Assembly: GCA_002718715.1 (NCBI GenBank)
Contig: PBFJ01000041.1
Coordinates: 28 to 64,027, forward strand
Direction of reading: 5' to 3'
From: a bacterium
GTDB lineage: Bacteria > Patescibacteriota > Gracilibacteria > UBA1369 > GCA-2718715
Length of the DNA stretch: 64,000 nt
Shown: piece after piece, positions 40,171 to 51,008 of the stretch
Position numbering within the stretch: the first letter of the stretch is position 1
Layout: the number at the start of each line of letters is the position of its first letter
Made by a program: the position numbers and the translations under genes
The notes under the pieces: generated by a model
The model's database searches: none
Told to the model about the DNA's origin: nothing
What the model saw: the letters and a program-made list of their open reading frames with translations, nothing else

Positions 40171-41730
40171 GTGAATAGAATTTCTATCAATAAATTACGA
40201 GAACTTTATAATCAAATATCAGAAAAAAGGATAATTAAGCCAAGATTGAAAAAAGGGATTTTTAATTATTTAAATTTATCTATTCATATTAGTAGGGATG
40301 AGAGAGATTTTGACCTTACGAATTATAAATTATTTAGAAGTCTTATTTCATCAAATCAATTAGATTTAAGAGAAATAAAAAATAATAAATCAAAAAAAAT
40401 TTACGAAGACTATTTTTGTAATTTTAAGGAATTTAATTATTTATTATCAAAAGATATACCTTTTTTATTTTTAATTGATATTTTGAAATTTATTAAACAA
40501 ATGTTTGATACAATAATAATATTAATAATAAGCACTATATCGTCTTTTAAAAACTCTTTTAAGATTATTTTATTTGGAAAGAATAAACTTATTAGAAAAA
40601 AAATTCATAGTATTTATTATTGGGAAAAAAGAGATAATTCAGCTTTGTATTATTATCCTAGTATTTTTGATGATAGTAATAACTTAATATTCGTATCATC
40701 CTTTGCGGACAGTAAAAAATTTTTATTTTTGGGTTTATTAGGTTCTTTGAGAAATAGTAAATATATTTCTCCAGTAAAAAATTTAGATATAAAAAGTCTT
40801 ATATTAAGCTTATTTCAGTTTATACATCTTTATTTAAATGATTTATCTTTAGTATTTACAAATAAGGATTGTTCATTTTTGAAATTTTGGTATGGCTGGA
40901 AAAAATGTTCAGAAATTTTTTATAGTATTCTCATCTATAATTCCATTTTTGAATTAGTTAAAAATTCCTATGAATGTGAATTCATCTCTTGGCATGAGAA
41001 TCAAGTCTCTAATCGTGCATTTTCATTGGCAGTATCAAATGCAATAAAAAAGTTTAATTGTAAATCAACTTTATCTACATATAATGGTTCTCCAATTTCA
41101 CAACGAAATAAAAGGCAATTTTTCCCTACTAAAGATGAATTAAGAATAGGTTTTTGGGGTAAAAAATATTATGTACAAGATAAAGAATCAAAATATGAAT
41201 TAGCTTCCTACTTAAATAAAAAAAAGATCAAAATAGATTTACAAATTGTTCCTGAAAATATGATTAGAATTCAAAATGATAAATTTGAAGGTTTTAAAAA
41301 AGTTAAATTAATTAGAGAAATTACAATATTTACTCATGACTCATATTGGGATCTTCTGGCATGTTTATCAGGAGTAATTAATTTTAGAAATGATTTTCAT
41401 AAAAAAAATTGTTCAACAATTAAAGAAAATAACTTAATATATATAAGGCTTCATCCTTGCTTAATTAAAAAAGAAGCATTAAAAAGAATATTGAGTATGC
41501 AAGAGATTTCTACAAACTACAGATTCGAATTTATAAGTAATAATAGTGAATCAATTATGGATTCAATTAAAAAAAGTTCATTTTGTTTTTTTGGATTATC
41601 ATCATATATTAATTTAGCGATTTCTCTTAATTCAAATGTAATTTCAGTTGATACAAATCATATTGATAAATCTCCAATAAATTCAAAATTCTTAAGTACT
41701 AGAAAATTTCTAGTTTCTAATCCATGGTAA
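40171..41730 (+). CDS. Hypothetical surface-carbohydrate biosynthesis protein (possible GT-B transferase)
   Basis: 519 aa; SWHENQ, IRLHP, GLSSYINLAI motifs resemble GT-B C-terminal domains. Confidence 0.45.
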   Translation: MNRISINKLRELYNQISEKRIIKPRLKKGIFNYLNLSIHISRDERDFDLTNYKLFRSLISSNQLDLREIKNNKSKKIYEDYFCNFKEFNYLLSKDIPFLFLIDILKFIKQMFDTIIILIISTISSFKNSFKIILFGKNKLIRKKIHSIYYWEKRDNSALYYYPSIFDDSNNLIFVSSFADSKKFLFLGLLGSLRNSKYISPVKNLDIKSLILSLFQFIHLYLNDLSLVFTNKDCSFLKFWYGWKKCSEIFYSILIYNSIFELVKNSYECEFISWHENQVSNRAFSLAVSNAIKKFNCKSTLSTYNGSPISQRNKRQFFPTKDELRIGFWGKKYYVQDKESKYELASYLNKKKIKIDLQIVPENMIRIQNDKFEGFKKVKLIREITIFTHDSYWDLLACLSGVINFRNDFHKKNCSTIKENNLIYIRLHPCLIKKEALKRILSMQEISTNYRFEFISNNSESIMDSIKKSSFCFFGLSSYINLAISLNSNVISVDTNHIDKSPINSKFLSTRKFLVSNPW

Positions 41731-41736
41731 TTTTTA

Positions 41737-43485
41737 ATGAAATTTTTAAAGGATAAATCTTTTTATAAAATACTTTCTTTATTAAGTAAAAAAAGAAAAA
41801 AACAACTTTATTTTCTTATATTTTTTTTAACTCTCAATGGTGCTTTAGAGTTTTTTTCCGTAGCATCAATAATCCCTTTATTATCAATTATTAGTTCAGA
41901 AAATATTAGTAATTCAATTCCAATTATTGGAAAATATATTACATTGCTAAATATAAATGATCCCTCTTTAAGATTGCTTTTTTTTACTTTATCTTTTTGT
42001 ATATTTGTCTTCTCATCAACTCTTTTAAGGATATTCAATATTGCTTATATTTTTAGACTTTCTGCTAAGGTAAATATTGATATAAGTAATTTAATATTTA
42101 GAAATAACATGTATCAATCATATGCAAAATATACAAATAAAAATTCATCAGAAATAATAACATTGGCTCTAGAAAAGGTTGATATAGCTACTGCATGTAT
42201 TGATTCTTTATTAACAGTAATAGCGAGTACTATGCTTGGAATATCTATTATTATTTCTTTATTAATACTCAAATGGCAGGTTGTAATGATTGGAATAATT
42301 TTTATTTATTTTTATTATTCTTTGGTTTATACAAATATAAAAAAAATGTTATATAAAGATGGAAAAATAACTTCAAGAATAATCCCACTTCGTTTGAAGG
42401 TTCTACAAGAGGGACTGGAAGGCTATAAAGATATAATTATCAATAGTTTAGAAAAAGTTTATACTAGCTTATTTTATGAATATCAATCAGTAATTAAATT
42501 AAAACAAGCAAATTTAAATTTCTTTTTGACAATTCCTAGAATTTTAATAGAAGGAATAATATTAACTATAATAGCAATTTTGGCTTATTTTTTATTTAAA
42601 TCTCAACAAAATATTGCCTCTTCCATTCCCCTTATAGGTTCTTTTATTTATGCATTTCAAAGATTATTACCACTTACCCAGCAAATTTATGCTGCTTCTG
42701 CGAATTATAAATATAAATCTACAGTAATTAATGACTTGGTAAATGATTTGGAAGAAGGTAAAAATAATCAGGCTTTATATCTTTCTAAGAAAAGAATTTA
42801 TTTTAAAAAAAAGCTACTTTTTAAAGGTATCAAATTTGGTTTTAAAAATAAAAATAATGTACTAAATAATATAAATATTAGAATTGATAAAGGAGATATA
42901 ATAGGAATTTATGGAGAGACTGGAAGTGGAAAAAGTACTTTATTAAATATTATTATGGGTTTAGTTTCTCCTTCTAGTGGGAATATAAAAATAGATAATA
43001 TTGATATTTCGAATGAAAATTCTCTCGTTAATTGGACAATAAATTTTGCCCATGTTCCACAAAATATTTTTTTAAAAGAAGCTACTATTGAAGAAAATAT
43101 AGCGTTTGGAGAAGAAAAGGAAAATATAGACTTTGAATTGTTAGTTAAGGCCGCTAAGGTTGCACATATTTATTCTTTTATTAAAAATACTGATAAGGGG
43201 TTTAAAACACTTGTTGGAGAAAGGGGGATACTTTTGAGTGGAGGTCAAAGGCAAAGAATTGCGATAGCTAGAGCAATTTATAAGTCAAGAAATATCTTAG
43301 TTTTAGATGAAGCAACCAGCGCTCTTGATGATTCTACTGAAGAAAAGATTCTTAGATCTATTTTGGATATGTATAGGAACTTAACAATAATAATGGTTAC
43401 TCATAGAACTAGCACACTCAAAAATTGTAATCGTATTTTTAAAGTTCAAAATGGAAAGATAATTGAAGAAAAAAAAGTTACATAG
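41737..43485 (+). CDS. ABC exporter, fused TMD-NBD (PglK/MsbA-like glycan flippase)
   Basis: N-terminal TM helices; Walker A GETGSGKST, LSGGQRQR, Walker B LDEATSALD. Confidence 0.9.
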   Translation: MKFLKDKSFYKILSLLSKKRKKQLYFLIFFLTLNGALEFFSVASIIPLLSIISSENISNSIPIIGKYITLLNINDPSLRLLFFTLSFCIFVFSSTLLRIFNIAYIFRLSAKVNIDISNLIFRNNMYQSYAKYTNKNSSEIITLALEKVDIATACIDSLLTVIASTMLGISIIISLLILKWQVVMIGIIFIYFYYSLVYTNIKKMLYKDGKITSRIIPLRLKVLQEGLEGYKDIIINSLEKVYTSLFYEYQSVIKLKQANLNFFLTIPRILIEGIILTIIAILAYFLFKSQQNIASSIPLIGSFIYAFQRLLPLTQQIYAASANYKYKSTVINDLVNDLEEGKNNQALYLSKKRIYFKKKLLFKGIKFGFKNKNNVLNNINIRIDKGDIIGIYGETGSGKSTLLNIIMGLVSPSSGNIKIDNIDISNENSLVNWTINFAHVPQNIFLKEATIEENIAFGEEKENIDFELLVKAAKVAHIYSFIKNTDKGFKTLVGERGILLSGGQRQRIAIARAIYKSRNILVLDEATSALDDSTEEKILRSILDMYRNLTIIMVTHRTSTLKNCNRIFKVQNGKIIEEKKVT

Positions 43486-43574
43486 AAGAATTTATAACTC
43501 TTACTTTTATATGGGTAAAATAGATAATAAATTCAAATTTATTTATTTAAAATTAAAAATTTATATTTAATTTT

Positions 43575-44561
43575 ATGAGTTTTATTAATCACGAACAGAA
43601 ATTTGTAGTTTTTGGATCTACCGGTATGGTTGGCAGCTCTATCCTTAGGATATTAACAAATAAAGGGTATAAAAGAATTTTTAATCCAACTAGAAAGGAA
43701 TTAAACCTGCTTGATATGAATTCTGTTGAATCATGGTTTAATAAGCATAAACCTGATGTTGTAATATTGTGTGCAGCTAAAGTTGGTGGGATTCATGCTA
43801 ATAATTCCCATCCAGCAGACTTTATTCTGGAAAATTTAAAAATTCAAACAAATGTTATTGATGCATCTTGGAAATTTAATGTAAAAAAATTTTTATTTTT
43901 AGGAAGTAGTTGTATTTATCCAAAACATGCTAATCAACCTATTATTGAAGAGGAATTACTTAAAGGTGAATTAGAACTAACAAATCAGTGGTATGCTATT
44001 GCTAAGATCTCTGGAATTAAGCTCTGCGAAGCATTAAAAAAACAATATGGTTTTAATGCAATAAGTTTGATGCCTACAAATTTGTATGGTCCAGGAGATA
44101 ATTATGATGAAATAAATAGTCACGTTCTAGCAAGTTTTATAAGACGTTTTTATAAAGCTAAAATGGAAAAATCAGAAAAAGTTATTTGCTGGGGATCTGG
44201 TAATCCTATGAGAGAATTTTTGCATGTAGATGATTTGGGAAATGCAATTTTATTTGTTTTGGAGAATTGGGATATAAATGGTGATTTTATTCCTTTGGAT
44301 TTAAATGGTGAACCTCTCTCTTTTTTAAATGTTGGGACTGGAAAGGATATTTCAATTAAAGAACTAGCAAATCTAGTTGCAGAAATTATAGGATTTAAAG
44401 GAACAATTAAATGGGATAAATCTATGCCTGATGGCACACCAAGGAAGTTACTAGATATTAGCAGGTTAAAAAATTTAGGTTGGAGTCCAAAAATTAATTT
44501 TAAGGATGGTTTGAAATCAACTATTGAGAGTTTTGAAAGACAATCAAAAAGCAAAAATTAA
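43575..44561 (+). CDS. fcl: GDP-L-fucose synthase
   Basis: GMVGS, AAKVGGIHAN, LGSSCIYPK, YAIAKI, MPTNLYGPGDNY, SHV, REFLHVDD, PDGTPRK. Confidence 0.93.
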   Translation: MSFINHEQKFVVFGSTGMVGSSILRILTNKGYKRIFNPTRKELNLLDMNSVESWFNKHKPDVVILCAAKVGGIHANNSHPADFILENLKIQTNVIDASWKFNVKKFLFLGSSCIYPKHANQPIIEEELLKGELELTNQWYAIAKISGIKLCEALKKQYGFNAISLMPTNLYGPGDNYDEINSHVLASFIRRFYKAKMEKSEKVICWGSGNPMREFLHVDDLGNAILFVLENWDINGDFIPLDLNGEPLSFLNVGTGKDISIKELANLVAEIIGFKGTIKWDKSMPDGTPRKLLDISRLKNLGWSPKINFKDGLKSTIESFERQSKSKN

Positions 44562-44583
44562 TTTTTTTAATTCAAACATTTAA

Positions 44584-45456
44584 TTATTTTCTACTTACTA
44601 TATTTAACAAAAGGCTTATCCTGTTTGATGTGAAAAATTTTATTTCTTTTAAGCTTATAGGAAAGTATATCAAGTCCTTTTTATGAGTCGATATAGGATG
44701 TCTATTAAGTAGTTTGCTTCTATTAGTTAATTTATCTGAATAATTGGAACCTCTAATTCCTAAATGAATATATTTAAAATATTTTTTTAAAACTCTATTC
44801 GATCTTTGATTGAAACTACTTTTATTGCCAAACGGATAAGCAAAATGATTAATTGGAATATTCAATTTTTTAAAAATATCAATACCCTCCTTAATTATTT
44901 TTTTAATTTGATTTTCGTTTAATTCACTAAAGTTTTCATGATTGAAACCATGCATGCCAATTGTATGGCCAAGTTTTTGAATCTTTACAATATGTTCTTT
45001 TGATAATGGGATAAATTGACTTTTTAAATTATAGATTAATCTTTCATCATAATTGGGATATAAAATTTGGAAAAATTCTTGATTTTTATTTTTTTTATCT
45101 TTTAGCAAGCATGGAATTATAAAAAATATTGCTTTAATATTTAAGGGTTTTAAAACTTTTTCGGCAAATTCAAGATTGTTATAAAAGCCATCATCAAGAG
45201 TTAATAAAGAGTATGATTGGTCAGTGTATTTTTTATTGAAAAAATTATCAATATTTTCTGGGTTTAAAAATTTTTCTTGAGAATCTATCTTTTTAAGAAT
45301 TGATTTATAATGAGAGAAATAATTTTCTTGAGTGCTATGAAGATTATAAATAGTTAATCTTGATTTTTTGTATTTCTCTTTAATTAAAAAAATCTTGGGG
45401 AAAACAACCCCTAGAAAATCTGATATATTGATAATTATTTTTCTTAATAATAACAT
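44584..45456 (-). CDS. Polysaccharide deacetylase (CE4/NodB)
   Basis: LTLDDG, GMHGFNH, FAYPFG. Confidence 0.85.
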   Translation of the reverse strand: MLLLRKIIINISDFLGVVFPKIFLIKEKYKKSRLTIYNLHSTQENYFSHYKSILKKIDSQEKFLNPENIDNFFNKKYTDQSYSLLTLDDGFYNNLEFAEKVLKPLNIKAIFFIIPCLLKDKKNKNQEFFQILYPNYDERLIYNLKSQFIPLSKEHIVKIQKLGHTIGMHGFNHENFSELNENQIKKIIKEGIDIFKKLNIPINHFAYPFGNKSSFNQRSNRVLKKYFKYIHLGIRGSNYSDKLTNRSKLLNRHPISTHKKDLIYFPISLKEIKFFTSNRISLLLNIVSRK

Positions 45457-45463
45457 TTAAAAT

Positions 45464-46816
45464 TTAAAAAATATTAAGTCTTTTTGATAAATCTGAGCAA
45501 AAAATATTCTTAGGATCCATTTTGCTTTTTACTTCTCTCCATTCATTAAGTCTTGGGTAAGTGCTCTTAAACATTTCAGAAGACTGCATTGAGTCCTTCG
45601 CTAAATATATTCTTCCTCCAGCGCTAAGAACCTTCGCATCAAGTTTTAATAAAGTTTGATTAAGATTGCTAAGATATAAAGGAAAATCTATAGCTAAAGT
45701 CCATCCTTTAATTGGAAAAGATAAAAATGCTTTATTTCCAGGGCCAAATTTTTTTAGAACAGTTAAGAAACTAGGGGTACTAATTTTCTTTGTTATTTCT
45801 AAAATTTCAAAGATAGTCTTATATTCATTCTCAGGTACAACGAACTGATACTGTATAAATCCTTTCGATCCATAAAACTTGTTCCAATTCTTTATACCAT
45901 CAAGTGGATGAAAAAAGTTACTTATGGACTTAATTTCATCTTTTTGTTCTTTTGGTGTTTTTCTAAACCAAACTTCATTAAATGCTTTTACTGTAAATTT
46001 ATTAAGTAATCTAAATGGCAGAATAGATGGAGCTGAAGCAATTGATTTTGAATGATAAGATAATATATTTTTATTAGGATCTTTTTTTAAAAGATCACTA
46101 TCATCTGCATGATTACCAACCGTTAATACTCCTCTATTTTTTTGACTTAGACTATCTACCCAGGCAACAATATATTGGTAATTATCTTGAGAATTTGTCA
46201 TTGCATCCATAAGATCATCTAGATCTTTATATTTGTATGTATTTGCTTTCATTTTTGAAGTTTTTATTGGTATTAGAGAAAAAGTAGCTTCTATAATTAC
46301 GCCAGTTAATCCCATTCCACCTATGGTCGCCCAAAACTGATTCTTTATTTCAATAGTTTCATTATTATTTGAAGAAAGTTTTTTTAAATTACCCAATCCA
46401 TCTATTAGAAGTATTTCTTTGATGTGATTGCCAAAACTCCCATTTAAATGATGATTTTTACCATGAACATCTGAAGCTATTGCTCCCCCAATAGTAACGT
46501 TTCTTGTGCCAGGTGAAACGGGAATGAAGAATCCCTCTGGGATGATTTTTTTTAAAAGCGAATCAATACTTACCCCACTTCCTGCAGTTATAAATCCTTC
46601 TTTTTTATTTAAATAAATATGATCAAAGTCATGTAAACTAAAAACTGATTCATTTTTAAGTTGAGCAGCATCCCCATAAGAACGCCCAAGACCTCTTGCT
46701 AAAAGCGAGTTTTTATTAGAATTGACTATTATATTTTCTAATTGCTCAAATTTATTTGGTTTTAATATTCTTACATTTGCTGGATTATGTAGACCCCAAC
46801 CACTAATTAAATTCAT
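45464..46816 (-). CDS. dprE1: Polyprenyl-phosphoryl-ribose 2'-oxidase, DprE1-like
   Basis: RGLGRSYGDAA, TIGGAIASDVHGKNHH, GGMGLTG, QYQFVVP, GWTLAIDF, YLAKD. Confidence 0.88.
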   Translation of the reverse strand: MNLISGWGLHNPANVRILKPNKFEQLENIIVNSNKNSLLARGLGRSYGDAAQLKNESVFSLHDFDHIYLNKKEGFITAGSGVSIDSLLKKIIPEGFFIPVSPGTRNVTIGGAIASDVHGKNHHLNGSFGNHIKEILLIDGLGNLKKLSSNNNETIEIKNQFWATIGGMGLTGVIIEATFSLIPIKTSKMKANTYKYKDLDDLMDAMTNSQDNYQYIVAWVDSLSQKNRGVLTVGNHADDSDLLKKDPNKNILSYHSKSIASAPSILPFRLLNKFTVKAFNEVWFRKTPKEQKDEIKSISNFFHPLDGIKNWNKFYGSKGFIQYQFVVPENEYKTIFEILEITKKISTPSFLTVLKKFGPGNKAFLSFPIKGWTLAIDFPLYLSNLNQTLLKLDAKVLSAGGRIYLAKDSMQSSEMFKSTYPRLNEWREVKSKMDPKNIFCSDLSKRLNIF

Positions 46817-46839
46817 CTTTTCTTTAAATTTTATAATTT

Positions 46840-47568
46840 TTATAGCTTTGAAGCATATTTTCTAGGTAAATGACGAATAAAAAACATAATTATACTCCAC
46901 CACCAAGGTAAGTATTCAATCCCTCTTTTTTGAGGATTACGCATTAAATAATCTGCAACTTTATTAGTAGATATACAAAGAAAATTTGGAGCTCCTATTG
47001 CCATCCGAGTGGAAATGAATCCTGATTTTATTATACGGACAGAGAACGGCTTTTTTTCACATCTAAGTAATATGCCCTCACAGAAGGTTGATAATGCAGC
47101 TTTTGCTGCGCCATAATGATAATTAGAGGGTCTTCCTCTATCAGATGCAACAGATGTAAAAACCCAAAGACTTCCGAATTTTTCAAAACGTTTTTCGTTT
47201 GTTATTTCTGTTAACCAAGGTAATAATCCAAGATAGTTAACATAATTAATTTTTAATGCTTCAGTAATATTTTTCTTAGCCAAATCTGGATTACCAAGAG
47301 TACCAGCTGTAATTAAATAAAGATCATATAAGTCAACTTTAGGTTTGAAACTTTTTTCTGGATAACAATTAAAAATTAGATCATTTTTCTCTTGAGTTAC
47401 ATTAGCTCTATAAACATCTTTGAGTATATGGAATAGCTCTAAATTACTATCTAAATCTCTGCAAACTAAATGAAATTTTTCACATCCCTTTTGGGCTAAT
47501 TTTATACAGATTGATTTTGCAACGGCACTTGTACTTCCAATTATTAATGCGCTTTTAAAATACTTCAT
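46840..47568 (-). CDS. dprE2: Polyprenyl-phosphoryl-2-keto-pentose reductase, DprE2-like SDR
   Basis: IGSTSAVA, SVASDRGRPSNYHYGAAKA, GFISTRM; adjacent to dprE1. Confidence 0.85.
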   Translation of the reverse strand: MKYFKSALIIGSTSAVAKSICIKLAQKGCEKFHLVCRDLDSNLELFHILKDVYRANVTQEKNDLIFNCYPEKSFKPKVDLYDLYLITAGTLGNPDLAKKNITEALKINYVNYLGLLPWLTEITNEKRFEKFGSLWVFTSVASDRGRPSNYHYGAAKAALSTFCEGILLRCEKKPFSVRIIKSGFISTRMAIGAPNFLCISTNKVADYLMRNPQKRGIEYLPWWWSIIMFFIRHLPRKYASKL

Positions 47569-47657
47569 TCAAAGATTTGATATTAAATATCTTTTTTAAT
47601 TTACCATTACATTTAAATTAAATAAAATAATTTTATTCATTTTAACTTTTACAATTT

Positions 47658-49244
47658 TTAATTAGATCCAATTTTATTATTTGAATTGAAATGCCTTTTT
47701 AAATTTATTGAAATAATTATTGATAATGCAGTTATACTCCATATTGTTATTAATCTTCTAAGAATAGAAATAGTTAATGCGCTCATTCCAGATAGTCCTT
47801 CTTGTTGAAGCAAAATTGTTGAAGTAACTTCATTAACTCCTAAACCTCCAGGTAAACCTGATAAAACCCCCAGCATTCCAGATATAAAATATATAATTAT
47901 CGCATCAGATAAAGTTATTGAAGCTGGAGAAATTACATATACAAGCAACCATAGAATTAAAGCTTCAATACCCCATAAATAAAAACTTGTAAAAAGTGAA
48001 AAAATAAAAGTTTTAAAAGGTTTTTCTTTGGGGATATATTTCTTTAAATCATCCCAATATTTTGTAAAAAATTGGAAAAAATTTTTTTTTAAAAAAATTA
48101 AAATTATTAAAATCATACAAATTAAAAAAATTAAATATTCAAATCTTATAAATAAAAATAAATTTATTAATTGTTGATATTTAACATAAATAAAATTTGG
48201 AGATAAAATACATAACCAAATCAGCACAGATAGAAGATCAAAAAATCTTTCTATGAAAAATACAGGGAATAATTTTTTTATTGGATATCCTAAATATTTA
48301 TTTAAGAGCTGAACTCTAGAAATTTCACCAATTTTCCCAGGAGTTGCGGTAAGTGCAAAACCACTAAACCACCACATGAAATCTTTAATATTAAAATTTC
48401 CTATTGATAATGAGTTAAGTATAATTCTCCAACGTAGATATCTACCTAAATAACTTAAGCCGAGTATGAAATACAGAAGAGGTAGCCATGATATTAATTT
48501 AATTATTGAAGCTTTTAAATCAGTAACTTGTACTACATCTAAATTTAAAAGTTTATTAATGCCAAAAATAAAAATAAATATTGAAACAATAATGAAAATA
48601 TTACTCTCATAATTATTTTCTTTATATTTATTAGGTTTATTTTTAAAACTACGAAAATGAGGGTATGAACTTGCCTCAAGAAGTTCTTTGTCGCCAAAGC
48701 TATCACCATATACCTCTAAATCCTTTGGTTCTGGCATATATCCAAGATAATCTCGTAAACGATTCACTTTTTCTGCTCCTTTGCAGTTGGGGGTTTTCAA
48801 TACAAATTTTTCTTTACTTTTAATTTTTAAAATGTCATTGCATTCAGTAGCAATAAGCTCAACATTAAAATAACTAGATAAAGATGAAATTATAGGTTTA
48901 GGAGAAGCACTAATTATTAAAATTCTGTGTCCTTTATTTTTGTGCCATTTTAATCTTTCCATAGCGGCTGGTTTAATAAGCCTTTTTAAGATAATAGGAA
49001 GTTTTTTTAAGAGTACTTTTTTTCTTTTTGCGATAGTACTAGAATTAATGGCTTTGTTAATTAAAGTTTCTTTTAATTTGGTAGAAAAATCTTTTTCAAA
49101 AATAAATTTAAATAACTTTGGCAAGATATAAATCAAATCTAAAATCAAACCAAATAATCCTCTTGATAAAAAAAGAAAAATTAACGTCGAATCTCCTCTT
49201 ATAAGAGTCTTATCACAATCAAAAACTACTATATATTCTCTCAT
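47658..49244 (-). CDS. HAD-IB phosphatase fused to an LPG-synthase-TM (YbhN/AglD2-like) flippase domain
   Basis: N-terminal FDCDKTL, ISAS, NCKGAEK, YGDSFGD; C-terminal RYLRW, TPGKIGE, ERFFD, LPGGLGVNE, RLITIW. Confidence 0.85.
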   Translation of the reverse strand: MREYIVVFDCDKTLIRGDSTLIFLFLSRGLFGLILDLIYILPKLFKFIFEKDFSTKLKETLINKAINSSTIAKRKKVLLKKLPIILKRLIKPAAMERLKWHKNKGHRILIISASPKPIISSLSSYFNVELIATECNDILKIKSKEKFVLKTPNCKGAEKVNRLRDYLGYMPEPKDLEVYGDSFGDKELLEASSYPHFRSFKNKPNKYKENNYESNIFIIVSIFIFIFGINKLLNLDVVQVTDLKASIIKLISWLPLLYFILGLSYLGRYLRWRIILNSLSIGNFNIKDFMWWFSGFALTATPGKIGEISRVQLLNKYLGYPIKKLFPVFFIERFFDLLSVLIWLCILSPNFIYVKYQQLINLFLFIRFEYLIFLICMILIILIFLKKNFFQFFTKYWDDLKKYIPKEKPFKTFIFSLFTSFYLWGIEALILWLLVYVISPASITLSDAIIIYFISGMLGVLSGLPGGLGVNEVTSTILLQQEGLSGMSALTISILRRLITIWSITALSIIISINLKRHFNSNNKIGSN

Positions 49245-49251
49245 AATATGT

Positions 49252-49662
49252 TTATTTAAAAGTTATGTATTTATGACCATAGAAACTTGTAAAAACTAAT
49301 ATTCCAAGACCACAAGTATGAGAGATAAGCTCAATAAGTAATAAATTATCAAAGAAAATCATTAACCAGTTTTTCATCAAAATACTTACGAAGAATGTTT
49401 GTAAAACAGAAATAAGATTTACAAGTGCAAATGCTGGAAAAGATTTTTTAATTGATTTGTTTGAATTTAAGAAAACATATCTTTTAGCGAGAAGAAAAGC
49501 AATAATCATACCTATCCCATATGAAATAAGTATTGCAATCTCAAATCTAAAAAAAATTGATAAAATTATCCTGCAAATGATATTTATAATTGCGGAAGTA
49601 CTACCGGTAATTATAAAAAGAATAAATTGTATTTTCCCTTCTCTTTTTTTTGAATATATCAT
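49252..49662 (-). CDS. gtrA: GtrA-family polyprenyl-P-sugar flippase
   Basis: 136 aa, four TM helices, F..G....IN, RYVF, HKYITF. Confidence 0.85.
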   Translation of the reverse strand: MIYSKKREGKIQFILFIITGSTSAIINIICRIILSIFFRFEIAILISYGIGMIIAFLLAKRYVFLNSNKSIKKSFPAFALVNLISVLQTFFVSILMKNWLMIFFDNLLLIELISHTCGLGILVFTSFYGHKYITFK

Positions 49663-50957
49663 TTACTTTTTAATATTTTTTTCACTAAATTTCTTCCAAA
49701 ATCTATACTTTCACTTATACCTCTATCTTCTGGATAATAAGCAGTGGTATCTACTGTAAAAATACCATTAAAAGGTTCTTGATCTGGTAATTTGTCTTTA
49801 AAATTTTTCTCGCAGATAGGTTGGGCATATTTATATCTACTACAGTGTGAAGATATTAAATCTTTATTTTTTAAATTAGGATTTATTGATTTTACGCATT
49901 GCCAAGCATCTTCTTTGAAAGATTCATCATCTCTTAAATAATCAGGATGATTTTGTGGCATGTAGAAAGGTATATAAGTTATATTTTCAGGAAGGTTTCT
50001 TAAATTGCTCATTTCTATAATACCTGGAATTGAGAATCTTGAATCATTTATATTAGTCCAAAAATTATTAGTTACTTTTTCACTGGTCTTTAAAATTACG
50101 CAAACACATGCTACGTAATTTAATTTTTTATATGAATTAGTAATTAAATTATTTATATTACTTTTGCTGAATATTTCTCCAATAAGTGGCAATGGGATAG
50201 TACTAATAACTAAATCAAATTTATATTCATCTGTGGGCGTATTTATATATGCTCCAGATTTTTTTAAAGGCTTAATATTTATAATTGGGCTAGAAATTTT
50301 TATTTCACCTCCATTTGCCATTATTATTTTTGACATTTCATTAATAAGCTGTATAGATCCATTTTTAAGGAATCCCAAATTCTCTTTAAGCTTTTTTCTT
50401 GATTTACCTAATCTATTAATTCTGCTCCAGATCCAAGCTGCAGAAATCTGATTTGAAAATTGATAAAATTTATAAGAAAATAGTTTTTCCCATAATTCTT
50501 CATATCCCTCATCTCCCAACCATTTTCTCAACCAATTTATGGCATCTATATTGTCTAAATGATTCCAGTCTTTTATAGTTAAGCATCTGGCAGCGTGTAA
50601 CAAATATCTTAATCTAGTTAAAAAGGAAACTTTTGAAAACATTATTACCGATATTAAGGAACCCCACTTATATAATTTCCCTTGATAGTAAAACCCCATT
50701 TTTGTTCTTTTCCAATTTAGTTGACTCTTTAATCCAATTTCATCAAGTATTCTAAAAAATCCTTTATCATTTAAACAATGAAAATGATAATAACGTTCAA
50801 TTTCTAAACCTTCAAAATCAAAACAAGATGCCATACCACCCAATCTATTATCGGCTTCAAAAATTACAGGTTTATAACCTTGAATGGTCAATTCATATGC
50901 AACAGCAAGACCCATAGGCCCACCTCCTATAACTGCTATTTTGGAACTTTTTCTCAT
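49659..50957 (-). CDS. FAD-dependent oxidoreductase (protoporphyrinogen-oxidase/amine-oxidase fold)
   Basis: IGGGPMGL, LGGMA, IERYYHF, YAQPI, YYPEDRG. Confidence 0.82.
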   Translation of the reverse strand: MRKSSKIAVIGGGPMGLAVAYELTIQGYKPVIFEADNRLGGMASCFDFEGLEIERYYHFHCLNDKGFFRILDEIGLKSQLNWKRTKMGFYYQGKLYKWGSLISVIMFSKVSFLTRLRYLLHAARCLTIKDWNHLDNIDAINWLRKWLGDEGYEELWEKLFSYKFYQFSNQISAAWIWSRINRLGKSRKKLKENLGFLKNGSIQLINEMSKIIMANGGEIKISSPIINIKPLKKSGAYINTPTDEYKFDLVISTIPLPLIGEIFSKSNINNLITNSYKKLNYVACVCVILKTSEKVTNNFWTNINDSRFSIPGIIEMSNLRNLPENITYIPFYMPQNHPDYLRDDESFKEDAWQCVKSINPNLKNKDLISSHCSRYKYAQPICEKNFKDKLPDQEPFNGIFTVDTTAYYPEDRGISESIDFGRNLVKKILKSK

Positions 50958-51008
50958 AAAAAAATTGATTTCATATTAAATTGTACATTTTAAATTTATT
51001 CAGAACAT

